Assembly: GCF_009834535.1 (NCBI RefSeq)
Contig: NC_045706.1
Coordinates: forward strand, 31,560,001 to 31,624,000
DNA length: 64,000 bases
Direction: 5' to 3'
Origin: Camelus ferus
Lineage: Eukaryota
The notes beneath the pieces are model-generated. The model was given only the letters and a program-made list of their open reading frames with translations. It was not told where the DNA came from and searched no databases. The stretch's first letter is position 1. Each line of letters begins with the position of its first letter. Shown one piece after another: positions 1 to 14,055 of this stretch. A program made the position numbers and the translations under genes.

Positions 1-3000
1 TTTGTGTAAATACAAGTTTTGAAAATTCAGTAAAATAAAGGGCATTAGGGAAACCTGCAATTGAAAAGAAATCTATCGTAATTTTTTTTTGCACAATAAA
101 GATTTTGTGAAGAAGATAACTACACCCTAACATTTTGGGTAAATTCAAATATTCACATTTCAGATTTGAATGGCATCGAACAGTGAGTTGAGAACTATTA
201 GGGAAACTCCTAAGTCCACATCCACTGAAAGAGAAGTAATCAGTTTTATCTGGCAAACACTATAAAAGTTGATTTGCTATGGTTGTGATTTAAACTCAAG
301 TCTATGCATGCAAGGTATTAAAGGCACATCTTAGAAGACAAGAAATTAATAACTGAAGGGGCAGGTAATAGTGTTCAAAATCTGCTGGTACTGCTTGCAA
401 TAATACCAGAATTCCCAAGACCTTTCTTGGTGATAGAAAAATATTCTCAAAAACACCTCTGACCAATTCTTGAGAAATAATTTCTAAACGCTGACAGAGT
501 GCTAAAGTTTCAACATAAAACATAATTGAATGCTTCACAAGATAACCTTGTATAAGTTCCCAAGAAGGTAACAGCTCCCATGAACTCCAAGGTTTCTGTT
601 AAGTGGCCAAATTTATAAAAGAGATTTAACAAACAAAACAGACTGGTTGCAGAAGTACTCAAGTTTCCAGGTTTTATTGGTTTGCTTTTGCTTTGCACAG
701 AACCAGCTTTGACCCAGACCCAACTCAAATGCCAACTTGCTAAGCCAAAACATCAACCACACTTTCAGATTCAGAACCATCCAAAATTGCAGATTTTGGA
801 AGCCACCAAGGGTCTAACAATATAGTTCTAAACTTCTTTCCTTGCTCCAAGTCTTCTTTTTATTGCATACTATTTCTGGAATGTCCTGTCCCTACTTTGA
901 TTAAGTCTGTATGAAAACCCAACTTCCTAATGAAAATTGATAGTGCTTAATTGCTCTACCCCACCCTGTTCATGTCCCACGAGACTTCCTTTACATACTG
1001 TTGCACAAAATGCACTTACCCCTTTGCTTGTGCATAATGTTAGTACTTTATGTTCTTGTTCAATGTTTGTTCAGTTGTCTCAATATCCTTTATGTCTGTC
1101 CATGTCAGCATCATCTTAGATTGAAAACTCCCAGGGGGCAGGGGCCATGTCTGTTTAACTCGTTTTGTACAGTGCCTAGGATAGAACCATGTACAGATAG
1201 GTGCTTAAAAAATGCTATTTTAATGATGATTGGCCTCACTCTCAGGGACTCTCTAAGCTACAGCTACCTCAGCACATGGCACCTGGCAGTATATCAGGGC
1301 ACTTTGGCCTTAAAATATAATGGCACAGGACCTTGCTACAGCACTCTGTGGCAAGTATTTGACTTAATCTGTTGTTAGAAAAACTTTAAAAATTAATTAT
1401 ATGGTCCCAAGTCAACAAATGTGTATTTTATTGAAGACATGAAATAATATCACAACCACCAATTCAATTAAAAGTATGTGGGAACTATGATGGGATACTA
1501 AAGTTTTCGCTTTTAACTCTTCAGCATTCACCACTATTTTAAACACGAAGACTCCAGAGGCTAGGTGTAAGAGCCTCAGACAAGCAAATGTAAGTGTCAT
1601 CTTTAATTGCTCTGCTTGTAGGTTGAGATTTTTACCATTTTTTATGTAAAAGCAAACATCCTGCAAACTCAGGCTATAGGTTACTTTGCTTAATAATAAG
1701 TTATTAGATTGTAAACAGAAGAAAGGATATGTTCTCGGACAATTTTTTTCTTTAACCGAACTAGTAATAATTGGCCAAAAACCCCTCAAAACAAAACAAA
1801 ACAGCACTGACGAATAAAGGATCCAGAGTCAAAGCAGATGAGTACCGTGTCTCTGCATACAGTGTATTACCATGAATATTAACTAAAGATCATCACGTAG
1901 TTGTTTATTATTACAGTTTGTGCCAAAGGAAAGCTTAAACTTATCCTCGTTAGAACAAACAGCCCATAGAATACATGAGGGCTATAAGGTCAACCACTAA
2001 GTACTTATTAAGCACCCATTGTACATATAGCATTTTACTATGTAGTAAAATAAATGTAAATAAATGTAACACACTAGCCTCTGCCTCCAAGGAGTCTACA
2101 GTCTAGTTAGGGGCAAACTATAAATAGACATTAAACAACTGGAAAACTTCACAGCAAAATTAACAAATATATGATAGTATCATACAAACTATACAGATTA
2201 ATGTTAACAAAATTTAAAGTACAAATTAGAGAGGAAGTAATGATACAAAGAGTTTTAAAATTATGTATGTATGTATTACATACTAATTACTAATCAACAG
2301 AAGTGAATCTTGACCTAGAAGTCTATGATCTGAAAAGGGGGACATGCTAAAAGACCTTCCAACAACAGGCAAAAGACTTTATTTGAAAGGTTGGTATATT
2401 TTTTAAAAGCTGCTGTGCCAGCTTTTGGGGGTTAATTGATGGGACACTGTGGCCAGATCTTTGAAGACCATGACACACTAGGCAGGAAGGAAGCTCCTGG
2501 TGACAGACCTGCTAAAATGAGGAAGATATTTTAAGAAAACTAAGATTATTTAAAGTCAGAATAAACTAAAATAAAATCTACAAGATTTTGTATCCAAAGT
2601 GAGTACAAAAAAAGAGAAAGTAGTATCAATCTAAAGTAGGTTAATATACAAGAGTTAGGAAAGGATCAAGAAATAATAAAACTTATTAGAGAAAAGACAA
2701 TGTTTTGTCTGCTTTTTGGAGAAAACAGTGCCTCAGGTATTAAATTCTCTGAATTTCAAAATAAAAAGTTGAAAAAGTTAAGGGATGATGAAAGAAACAC
2801 TACCATCAGTTATCATTAATTAATACATAAAACAGATGGCAATCCTAATTATGCATACTATATATATGCCAAGGAACTGTTATTACATATTCTTTTTTAC
2901 ACATACCTATATTTACATGATGAGAATAAATATTTACATGATGAGAATATAATTACTTTTATTAATAAGAAAAACTACTTTTTAGAGACTAACAAAGCAT

Positions 3001-4772
3001 TATCATAAAATTCAGGTAACTATACCCTGAGGAAAGTCAACCTGACAATACTATTTCATTTTCTTTTTCCCTTTATATAAGAAACTCATATTAGGTTCCT
3101 TAGGAGGCAAAACAACAAGGTGGATAAGGATTAGGTAGGCTCTGCTGTGTGAATTTGAACAAAATGCTATCTCTGGACCTCATTTTCCATATCTGTAATG
3201 ATAATGAAAATAGTATCTACCTCTGAGTTTTTGTGAAAATTAACATGTGAAACTCTTAATACAGTACTTAGTGCTATAGTGTAACAGTAAGTGTTAGATA
3301 TTAGTTCTTTCAAAAACGGCCAACTAAGTTAAGCATAACAGAACTCTGGAATAAGAGGTAAAATCCAAGACAGATGTCTGAGAAAAAATTTATGGTATAA
3401 GGCTCTGGTATAAAAATAAGACTGTTTCAGGAAAATGTGAATTAAGAAATAGAGGATAGATCTCTTTTGCTTAACGGTCTGGAACAAGAAGGAAGAAGAA
3501 AATTCACGAAGCTAGAAAATCTGAGAGTGGAGAGGCAGAAAAAAGAAACCAGGCTACAATTAGTAGTTACTTTTTAAAAAATTTAAGATTCTGTAATTGT
3601 GTTTTGGACCTATAATTTAGCTATCTGTATTTACATATATAGTGTGCACCTAGAAAGCCTCACACTGTTGAAGATACTTATTAAGCTAGCCCGTATTTAA
3701 ATCTCAGGGAAACAAGACTAGAAGTGATCAAGCAATATACACAAGAAATCCTTATTTCGAAGGTATCCTAGTCATTTGCCTCTTAAGAGGGTATATGAAG
3801 GCCAAGGAAGACCTAATGAGATGCCTAACTGTAAACTTTGACTTCAGAGGGTATTCAAAGATTGAGTCATTATGGATTAAGATTTTGGTTTTTAAATTCC
3901 TTTTTTTTGATCATTCATAGAAATTAAGATATAAAGCAAAGAAAAAACAAACATTTCTTTCACAGCTAAGCGTAAATATTACTAGAAACTCATAATTATA
4001 TGAAGAAAGTACTTGAATTCTTAAGCCTCTGGTTTTCAAGTAATAAAAGGAAAGAACACAGCAATATATTTTATGAGAGCAGTCAGGAAAGTAACAGATT
4101 GCATTTATGTAAGTAACAGAGGGCCATGTGGTTAAAGGAAAACAATGTAGACTGTTCTTTGTACCTGACAACTTAGAAAATATTAAAAATGTAAAATTCT
4201 CATTAAATTGAAGCCATGAAAACCTTTTTCAGATTTGGAGAAAATATATTTAACATTAACTTTGTAGTATCCTTTTTCAGTCTACAGCATTCTAACTTGC
4301 TTTACAATGGTTTAGCCACCTCACTTATAATAAAGAAATGTAAATTAAAACTATAAGATACCTTTTCTAACCTAACAGATTGTATTGACAAACTACAATG
4401 TTAGCTGATCTTTTGGCAAAGCTGTAAGTAAACAGGCATACTCATTCACTGCAGGTGCACATACAAATGGTATAGTACCTATGGGGGGGAATTTAGAAAC
4501 ATCCAGCAAAAGTATGTGTGAAATTCACCTTTGGATCCTTTGTCAGTTCATCTAATAAGTATTCTAAGCTAATAAATGCTGGGAAAAAATGAAAGAATTA
4601 CAGTGTCATTCCTCTGTACCACCTAATGAAATGATGTAGAGGCAATGAATGAAAAAAATTATCAATCTCTGCTAAAACCAGTAGATAGAAGCTGATAGGG
4701 AATTATACTGGATGCATCAGGTTGATTACATCTGTACCCACGGACCAGTCTTATAAAAAAGATAACTACACA

Positions 4773-7569
4773 GTTTCCAGCTTTACTGAGATATTATTGA
4801 TATGTAACATATATAAGTTTAAGGTATATAATGCGATTATTCAATGAACATATATATTGAGAAATAATTACCACAATAAGGTTAGTTAACATCTCAATTC
4901 TTTTACATAATTATCATTTTTGTGGTGGTAACGCTTAAGATTTACTCTCTTAACCTTTATATATATAACTGTTTTTAATTGTCACCACACTGAACACTGA
5001 TTCCCCAGAAGTGATTCATCTTTTAGATGGAAGGTTGTACCCCTGGACATCTCCCAATACTCTGCAATTCGCAGCTCCATCCACTCTATTATTTGAATTT
5101 GGATATTTTAGATTCCATACATAAGTGATAACATACAGTATTTGTCTTTCTCTGTGACTTATTTCACTTAGCATAATGTCCTTAAGATCCACCCATGTTG
5201 TTGCAAAGGCAGGGTTTCCCTTAAAAAAAGAAAAGGCTGACTATTCCACTGCATATATACATCCATCTAACAGTGAACACTTAGGCTGTTTCTATACCTT
5301 GTCTACTGTGAATAATGCTGCAAAAAACATTGAGGGTGTAGATATCTCTTCGAGACAGTGATTTCATTCCTCTGGATATCTACTTAGAAGTGGGATTGCT
5401 GAATCACATAATAGTTAAGTTTTTTTGAGTAATCTTCATGCAGTTTTCCATAGTGACTGTTCTGATTTACATTCCCACACAGTGCACAAGAGTACCCTTT
5501 TCTCCACAGCCTTTCTAACACTTGCTGTCTATTGTCTTTTTGTTAATTGCCGTTCTAACAGGTGTGAGGCAACATTTCATTTTAGTTTTGATTTGCACTT
5601 CCCTGATGATTAGTGATGTTGAGCATCTTTTCATGCATCAGTTGACCCACTGTACATTTTCTTTAGAAAACTGTCTATTTAAGATTTTTGTCCATTTAAA
5701 AATCAGATTGTATGTGGTTTTTGCTTTTGGCTATTGAGTTGTATGAGTTCCTTATATATTTTGGATATTAATCGTCTATCAGATAGATGGTTTGCAAATA
5801 TTTTCTCATATTTCATAGGTTGCCTTTTCGTTTTACTAATTGTTTTTTTGCTGTGCAGAAGCTTTTCAGCTTGATGATTGTTTATTTTTGCTTTTGTTGC
5901 TTGCAGTTTTGGTGTCATATCCAAAAAATCACTGCCAAGACCACTGTCAAGGAGACCTTCTCCTATGTTTTATTCTAGAACTTATATAGTTTCTGGTCTT
6001 ACATTTAAATCTCTAACCCATTTTGAATTAATTTTTGTGAGTGGCATAACAGGGACCAATTTCATTCCTTTGCATGTGACCACCCAGATTTCCCAACACC
6101 ATTTACTGAGGAGACAATTCTTTCCTCATTTGAGTATTCTTGGCTACTCTGTCAAGTATCAGTTGAACGTATATGCATGGGTTTAATTCCAGGCTCTCAA
6201 TTCTGTTCCATTGGCCTACATGTCTTTTTACGCTAGTATTGTTTTGATTATTATAGCTTTGTAGTAAAGTTTGTTGCCACCTGCTTTGTTCTTCTTTCTC
6301 AGGATTGCTTTGGCTATCTGGGGTTTTTGTGGTCCCATACAATTTTAGGATTATTTTTCCTACTTCTGTAAAAAATGTCATTGGACTTTTGATAGGGATT
6401 GCATTGAATATATAGATGGCTTTGGGTAGTATGGACATTTTCACAGTATTGTTTCCTCCAGTCCAAGAGATAGCTTTCCATTTATCTGCCATCTTCAATT
6501 TCTTGCATCAATGCCTTATAACTTTTAGTTTTATTCCTAAGTATTTTATTATTTTTGTTATTATAAATGGGATTGTTTTCTTTCTTTTTCAGGTATTTTG
6601 TTGTTAGTATATAGAAATATAACTGATTTTTATGTTGATTTATATCCTTCAACTTTACTGAATTCACTTATTACTTCTTAACAGGTTTTTGGTAGTCTTT
6701 ACAATTTTCTAGATGTAAGACCAAATCATCTGCAAGGAAAGACAATTTTACTTCTTTCTTTCAGACTTGGATGACTTTTTCTTCTTTTTCTCGCCTAACT
6801 GTTCTGGCTGGAGCTTCTAGTACTGTGCTGAGTAACAGTGGTGAGAATGGACACCCCTGTTCTTGATCTTAGCAGGAAAGCTTTGAACCTTTCACTGTTA
6901 TGTATGATGTTAGCTGTGGGTTTGCCATATATGTCTGTTATTACCCAGCATGAAAGGACACTGAATTCTGTCAAGTGTTTTTTCTTCATTCATTGAGATG
7001 ATAAAATTTTCATATTTCATTCTGTTAATGTGGTGTATCATACGATTGACATGCAGATGTTGAACCATCCTTGCATCCCAGGAATAAATCCCACTTAATC
7101 ATGTGTATGATCCTTTAATGTGCTGTTGAATTTGGTTTGCTAATATTTTGTTGATAATTTTTACATGTATATTCATCAGGGATATTGGTTTGTAGCTTTC
7201 TTGTAGTGTCCTTATCTAGCTTAGGTATTAGGGTAATGCTGGACTCATAAAATGAATTTGGGAATGTTCCCTCCTCTTTAATTTCTTGCAAGAGAAGAAT
7301 TGGCATTAATTCTTCCTTAAATGTTTGGTTGACTTCACCAGTGAGACCATCTAGTCCTGGGCTTTTCTTTGTTGGGAGGTTTATGATTTTGCTTGTTATT
7401 GGTCTGTTTACATTTTTGATTTCTTCATGATTCAGTCTTACAGGTTGTATGTTTCTAGGAATTTATCCTTTACTTCTAGGTTATCCAATTTGTTGGTATA
7501 CAATTGTTCACGGTATTTTCTTTAGAGTCTTTGTATTTCTGAAGTGTCAGTTGTAATGTCTCCTCTTTG
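4773..7569 (-). mobile_element. 5'-truncated L1 (L1MA-like; ORF2 RT remnants plus 3' end), ~2.8 kb
   Basis: Minus-strand ORF fragments resemble L1 ORF2 ([51 protein letters not shown]). Degenerate TSD AAAGATAACTACA (4758-4770) / AAAGACAGCTACA (7570-7582). Confidence 0.93.
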
Positions 7570-8199
7570 AAAGACAGCTACATGTTATGTACCTCATGTT
7601 GTTGATGTAGTTAGGAAGTACACAGAACCATCTATAAAATATTCTTGCCAAAAAGTCATATATAACCTCATCAATGAGCTCTCACCGCCAGTATAAAAAA
7701 TGCATAGAATAGAGCAACATATTACCCAAGTATTCTTGAGTTGTAAGTAATAACAAAAATCCAGGAAATGGGAAGGTCTATGATGACATTTTTTTTTTCA
7801 ATGAAGAAATTACAAGGAAAAGCTAAAATACTGAGTTTTACAAGTCACACTAGGTTTTGGGCCCATACAAAGTTGAGGGCTTGACCCTCAAACCCTCAAA
7901 AGGGTAAGATAGAAAAAAAATCCACAGGACAATAAAGTTAGCCAACAAACAAAACCGCCTTGTTGTCAAGCATAGTTTCCTCTAAGAATTTGTAAACAGA
8001 GTTACCTGGTATGCTGATTTCAAGTTGAAATCTGTCTGTGCTATAGGAGAAATCCCAAACCCATAGATTAAAGCAATCCCAGATTAGTATCATCCCTTGG
8101 CATCTGCCAAAAGCAAATGCAAATCCTTTTTGGAGTTCCTTCACCTGGAGGATATCCACAACCTACAAATATAAACACAATTCCCACACTCAAGAGAAA

Positions 8200-10020
8200 T
8201 AAAGCATCATGGCCAAGAGTCAGAAGAAAAACAATAGATTTAGGCTATCAAAGACTAGAAAATGGAATTATATATCTGATCATCAAAACTATATAATAAA
8301 ATACTAGATAAGTATAAATGAACAAGAAGCAAGAGACTATAAAAAATGACTAGGCACATTTAAGAAACAACTAGAACTTACACAGAAAAAAAACTCCCTG
8401 CAAAGTAGACAATGCTGAAGAATTTGAGACCTGAGTAACAGTTAAGAAGAAATTATAATGCTGGAGCGCAGAGACCAAAAGATGAAAAATATAGAAGAGA
8501 AGAGACATGAAAGGTAAAATGAAAATATCCAACACAATTCTAATCAGAGTTCTAAACATTTAAGCCATAAAACAAGTCTTAGTCATTTAAAATGACAGAA
8601 ATCAAAATATGTTCTTTGATCACATGGAATGAAATTAGAAATCAGTAACAGCACTTGGGAAATTTACAAATATGTGAAAATTAAACAACACACTCCTAAA
8701 TAATTAATAGGTCAAAGAAGAAATCCAAGCAGTGTTTAGAGAGAAATTTATAGCTATAAATGACTATATTAAAAAAAAAAAGAAGAAAGATGAAGAGAAT
8801 GAGAAGACAAGCTTAAGACTGGGATAAAATATTTGCAAAAGACATATCTGACAAATTACTGTTATCCAAAATACACCAAGACTATTTAAAATTTACTCAA
8901 TAAGAAAACAAACTGATTTTTAAAATGATCGAAAGACTTAACAGACACCTCACCAATGAAAATACAAGATTGCTAATAAGTATAAGAAAAGATGATCAAC
9001 ATCTATGTTATTAGGAATTGTAAATTAAAACAATGAGATAAAAATGGCTAAAATCCAAAACACTGACAACAAGAAGTACTGACAAGGGTACAGGAACTTA
9101 CTGCTGGTGGAAATGCAAAATATACAGCCATTCTGAAAGACAGTTTGGTAGTTTTTTAATAAAACGAAACATACTCTTACATATGATCCAGCAATTACGC
9201 TCCTTGTTATTTACCTTAAGAAGTTGAAAATATATGCTCACACAGAAACCTGCATACAGATATGTACTGCAGCTTTATTTGTAATTGCCAATACCTGGAA
9301 GAAACCAAGATGTCCTTCAGTAGGCAAATGGATAAATAAGCTGTGGTACATCCATAAAATGGAATATTATTCAGTGTTAATATGAACTATCAAGCCATGA
9401 AAGACATGGAAAACTTTAAATATAAATTACTAAGTGAAAGAAACTAATCTGAAAAGGCTACATACTGTAAGATTCTGACTATACGACATTCTGAAAAAGG
9501 CAAAACTATGGGGACAATAAAAAGACCAGTGGTTACCAGGGGTTAGGGAGGAGGGTGGGATGAACAGGTGGATTTTCAGTGCCATAAAAATATTATGTAT
9601 TATACTGTAATAGTGGATACCCATCATTGTGTATTTATCCACAACCACAGAATGTACAACACCAGGGCAACTAGGCAAGAGACTGAAATAAAAGCAACCG
9701 GACTGGAAAAGATGAAGTAAAACTGTCTCAATTCACAAATGACATGATCCTGTATATAGGAAATGCTATGCAGTACACTAAAATACTTAGAACTGTTAAA
9801 TGAGATCAGAATGCTTGTAGGATATGAGATCAAAATTAAAAAAAAAAATCATCTCTATTCTATACACTCACAATAAACAACCTGAAAATAAAATTAAAAC
9901 AATTCCATTAAAATAGCATCAAAAAGAATGAAATATTTAGAAATACATTTAACAAAGAAGAGACCTGTATACTAAAAACTGCAAAATATAAAACTTCTTT
10001 GAAAGACATTAAAGAAAAGT
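8200..10020 (+). mobile_element. Old L1 fragments, including an L1MC-like 3' end (~8790-9665) between ORF2 pieces
   Basis: A-rich L1 motifs, e.g. GATCCAGCAATTACGCTCCTTG and CACAAATGACATGATCCTGTATATAG (FADDM region). Confidence 0.8.
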
Positions 10021-13000
10021 AATCTAATGTGAAACAGTCTCTGCTACCCGTGAGAATCAGGAATTCTGCCCCTAAGATGGAGCTGCTCTGAATCCTCCTG
10101 TTTAGCTAAACAAGATAACTATCTGGTCTTAAATTTCATGGAAATGCTTTATTTTTAATGGAAGACAAACTTTTTTCAGCTGATATTCTTGTCACATTTA
10201 AATGTTTCAATGCTTCTTAAATTTAATGTGCATATAACTTACCTGACAATTTCATGAAAATGCAGATTTTGATTAATTATAACTGGAGGTGGGGGGAAGG
10301 GGCTACGGTTCTTCATTCTTAACAGCTCTCAATAATTCTAATGTTGTTGGTCCTCAGACCAAACTTTGAGTAGTTTTTAAGTACCTGTAGCTGCACATGT
10401 ACTACTGTCCAAACTCACTAGAAGAAAGCAAACCGTAAGATGGGTAGCAAATAATGAGACGAGTATAAGTCTGATGATTCCTCTAAGTTTTTCATAACTA
10501 AGCACAATATATTCCCTACGGACAATTAAGAGCACACACTCGCCACCACTCCTCCATTCTGGCTACCATTAAGTACCAGAAAAGAAGCAGACTTTGCCAG
10601 CTAGCCAGACAGACTGAAGCTAAATCCATATGGAAACTTAAAAAAAAATCTGTTACACATAGGTCATCTTATTGAATGTTAACCATCATCTCTTCCTCTC
10701 TGCATCTTTCCTCTTGCCTGTCTTCTCTTCCTTCTTCTAGCCAGTGTTTCTTAAGTATCAACTGGGGACCAGTGATGGTCCCTGGCATTCAATTAACTGG
10801 TTTACTACAGATAATTTGATAAAAAATGAAAGTTTTTATCACAAACACTTCACATATTTGAAAGGTAAGATTAATTATGACTTTCAAGGAAATTCTTTTA
10901 GGTTCTTAATTGTTATTAGGTACCAAGGGTCACACATGCCCTGCAAGGATAGTTAAAAGGGGACAATTTGTTTTAGTTAACAAATTTTGGTATCATGTGA
11001 ATTGTTCACATTGGTTAAATATGTATTTTGTTCCTATCATAATGTGTTAAATCCCCAATCTAGGAAAATGAATCAATGCCTCAAAAGTATTCACTGAAGA
11101 GTAAAGTGATAAAAACACACCTGACTCAGAACATCATAAATGATAAATAGTATGATCTTATAGAGTGAAAACAGTATGATCTTACTATCTCACTATGGCT
11201 GGGACCAGTGAATGACAAGTTATTAGTTTGTACTGGGAGACCTCCTTGTTCCCACTGTACTGTAATACATTTTTAAATGGACTGAAACATTACAGAACAA
11301 GGACAAGATGCCACTGAAGAATTCATATAATTCAACCACTCTAGTAAACCAATCAAAGCCTTATGAAACTATGAATTTTGTTACTGAAAGCAAAGATAAA
11401 GAACTACAGTCCAAGAAACTTGAACTTATTTGAACAAAAACACGTATACTATGGTCAGCATCAAAATTAATGACAAATACACTCAGAAAGAAAACAATCT
11501 ATTGGTAAATCTCTATCATCAGATGACACTACTGGATATTACATATTAGGTACAGTATACAGTGAGGAAGAACAATTACTATCACAGATGTATGTTCTTA
11601 AGTATTTTGGTTCACGGCTACATAAAATCGCTAGTATTTAGAGTATGAATCAACTCTTGGTGTGTACATAATATGCTATAGAGAAGGGATTCTTCTTTAA
11701 CCAACAATCATTTTTGAACTTTGACTTGAAAAGGTACATTAGGATCAATATGGCCAAGAGCACTAGCCATGTGTGTAACAAGGAAGAGTACAGAACCTGT
11801 AAAGTCAACTCACACATGGCTTAAGAGACAACAGTTGACATTTGACAATGAGTCTTCTATTCTTGAATCTGTTAAAAACTAGAAAATTGTAAATATAATT
11901 CAAACTGCAGGCCCTGAGCAGATATCTTCAGCATGTTATATCAGGAAAAAAGAATCAAATACAACACCTGCTTTTCTATCTTGTCAGGAGGAAAGATGCT
12001 AACAAAACTATTCAAATGAAGGATATATTTTTTTCTTTCCCTCATGACACTAGTAAGGTTAGTAAAAAAATTCCTATGATTACCTGTGGCTTACTCAAGT
12101 GGCAGCTCTCCATGACATACAGTATAGTGAATAGCTTGAACCTAACATTTGAAGCTGAAATAACAATTCTTAAGGATAAAATACAAAGACCAAATCATGA
12201 TACACACGGCTTAAACAAAAAGTTTGACTTTTCCAATATCTAGCTATTTTCTTTCCTTGTTGTAGAAAGAAATCAGTGTCTTATTATTAGGTATATTTTT
12301 AAAAAATGCATTCAATTACCAATTAGACCTAAAAGCATATTTCCTAGAACTGAAAAACAACCAAGGACAGATTTACCCACTGCCATCTTCCAAACTGAAA
12401 TATTTAACTTCACTGCTGAGTGCCATACATATGTCAATTCAGTGCCTCACTCGATATTCTATGTAGCTTTCAGTGAGAATTCTTACAATAATTTTTGTAT
12501 CCATCCATCTGAGTATATAAAACATGTATACTCACTGCTATTCCCAACAACCTATAGTTGAAAAGTGGAATTTCTGATTTAGCAGAACTAAAGAGTAGGA
12601 AAAGAAACAGTTAAAAGGAAACCTTAACTCTGACTTTGGTGAGACAGATATCAATGTGGAGAAAGAATGCAGCAGTAATTTCTTTCCATAATGTTTAAAT
12701 TATTTTAAAATAATGCTTTGAAATTATAATTAAAATTTTTGGATTAATCTCTTACTTTATCTAAAATTAGTGTGCATGAAGATGCATCAATGTGGTCCAT
12801 AAATTCTAAATGTCTGAGAACACTACTTTCTCTACTACAGTATTTTCCTTTTATAGGAAGCTACAATTTCTTTCTATGCATTATGTTAGAGAAATACAGA
12901 CAACCACTGAAACTTTGTTTGCCCTTATCATCAATCTTCTCACATTAGAAAAGCACTTCATCACCTGCATTTATGTTGCCTCATTATATATAAAAAAGGG

Positions 13001-13852
13001 GGTCTGATTTCAACATGTATAACATCTAGAAAAAAACATATCTAATAATTATTTTCAATTTCTAATCAAATCCTACTCCCTGCAAAGTCATTCTTTCCTT
13101 CTGACCTTCCCAGAACCCAAAATGCCTTCATATAACTCTTGATTATAGTCAAGGGTGATACTAAAAATGTTTAACAACTAGCACGGAATAAACACCAAAG
13201 AGAATGACACCAGTTCACAGTCACATGGCTGTGCTAAACATGCAAATTAAATATCAGCCTTAGTTACAGCTTCCTTTAAGCAATATGCTACACTTATTTC
13301 AATGCTAGCCACATTCTCAAAGACCTTTGGTTATTTCTTGCCTGCCAATTCAGAGAAAAAGGAAAGCAGTTTTCATGAAAGACATCCACATAAACTGTAT
13401 TCCAAAGATAGTTTAACACTGTCTTTTATTAAATCTTTAATTTCTCTACTTTTATTCCTTAATAGAAGAATTAAGGATAAGTATTAGAAAAAACACACTA
13501 TTGTTTTCTTTCTCCCACACCAATGGTTTCCAGAGAATGAGGTTCTTTAGTCAGTTTTTTATTAGAATTTCGTTATTTGATTTTATCCAGCTAGATGTCC
13601 AAGTTCATTATCCACTCAACTAAAACGAGAACATTTAATAAACAGACAAACGGATGGATATGGGGATATATAAAGGATAAAGTAAACTGTTAGCAAAACA
13701 AATGTCTGACATTTAGAGAGAAAACAACAGAAAGGGGATAGAGAAATTCACAAAAAAGCAAAGAGATGGGTCACTTAAAAATAAATGTAGGATCATAAGG
13801 TTATGTGTAGTAACATGACATATATCTGTGTTGTTTCTAAGGATCTTCTTAC

Positions 13853-14055
13853 CCAACTTCGGAAAAACTATTAAGTATTCAGCATTGCACTGAGGACATG
13901 CCACTCTCGCTGTACTGTTTCCTCTTTGTTTTTCATCCACCCAGCGCTGTAGACAAGCCTGGTGAACCCATTTTGTAGATCCTCTGCATCTGCATGGTCT
14001 CACCCATTCAGCTGTTCTATCATCTTCATCAGTGGCAAAACACACCCAGCAACTT
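13853..14055 (-). CDS. MARCHF5: MARCHF5 (MITOL) coding exon 2, RING-CH domain of the mitochondrial E3 ubiquitin ligase
   Basis: Translates (R)SCWVCFATDEDDRTAEWVRPCRCRGSTKWVHQACLQRWVDEKQRGNSTARVACPQCNAEYLIVFPKL(G). Acceptor TTTACAG|A at 14056/14055, donor G|GTAAGA at 13853/13852; 203 nt; phase fits exon 1. Confidence 0.98.

Larger units (their letters stand above)
1..13852 (-). other. MARCHF5: MARCHF5 intron 2 (partial; exon 3 not seen in window)
   Basis: Follows the exon 2 donor. No ORF continuing as GPVVYVLDLADRL found; repeat-rich sequence. Confidence 0.85.

Noticed and set aside
5703..7306. Reverse-transcriptase-like ORF fragments as a possible gene
   Set aside because: Frameshifted, truncated L1 ORF2 remnants.
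13151..13261. Possible small hAT MITE (AAGGGTGATA...TATCAGCCTT)
   Set aside because: Inverted ends are only 9/10 and there is no clear TSD; too weak to call.
13713..13852. ORF continuation after MARCHF5 exon 2
   Set aside because: Read-through into intron beyond a strong GTAAGA donor; not MARCHF5-like.
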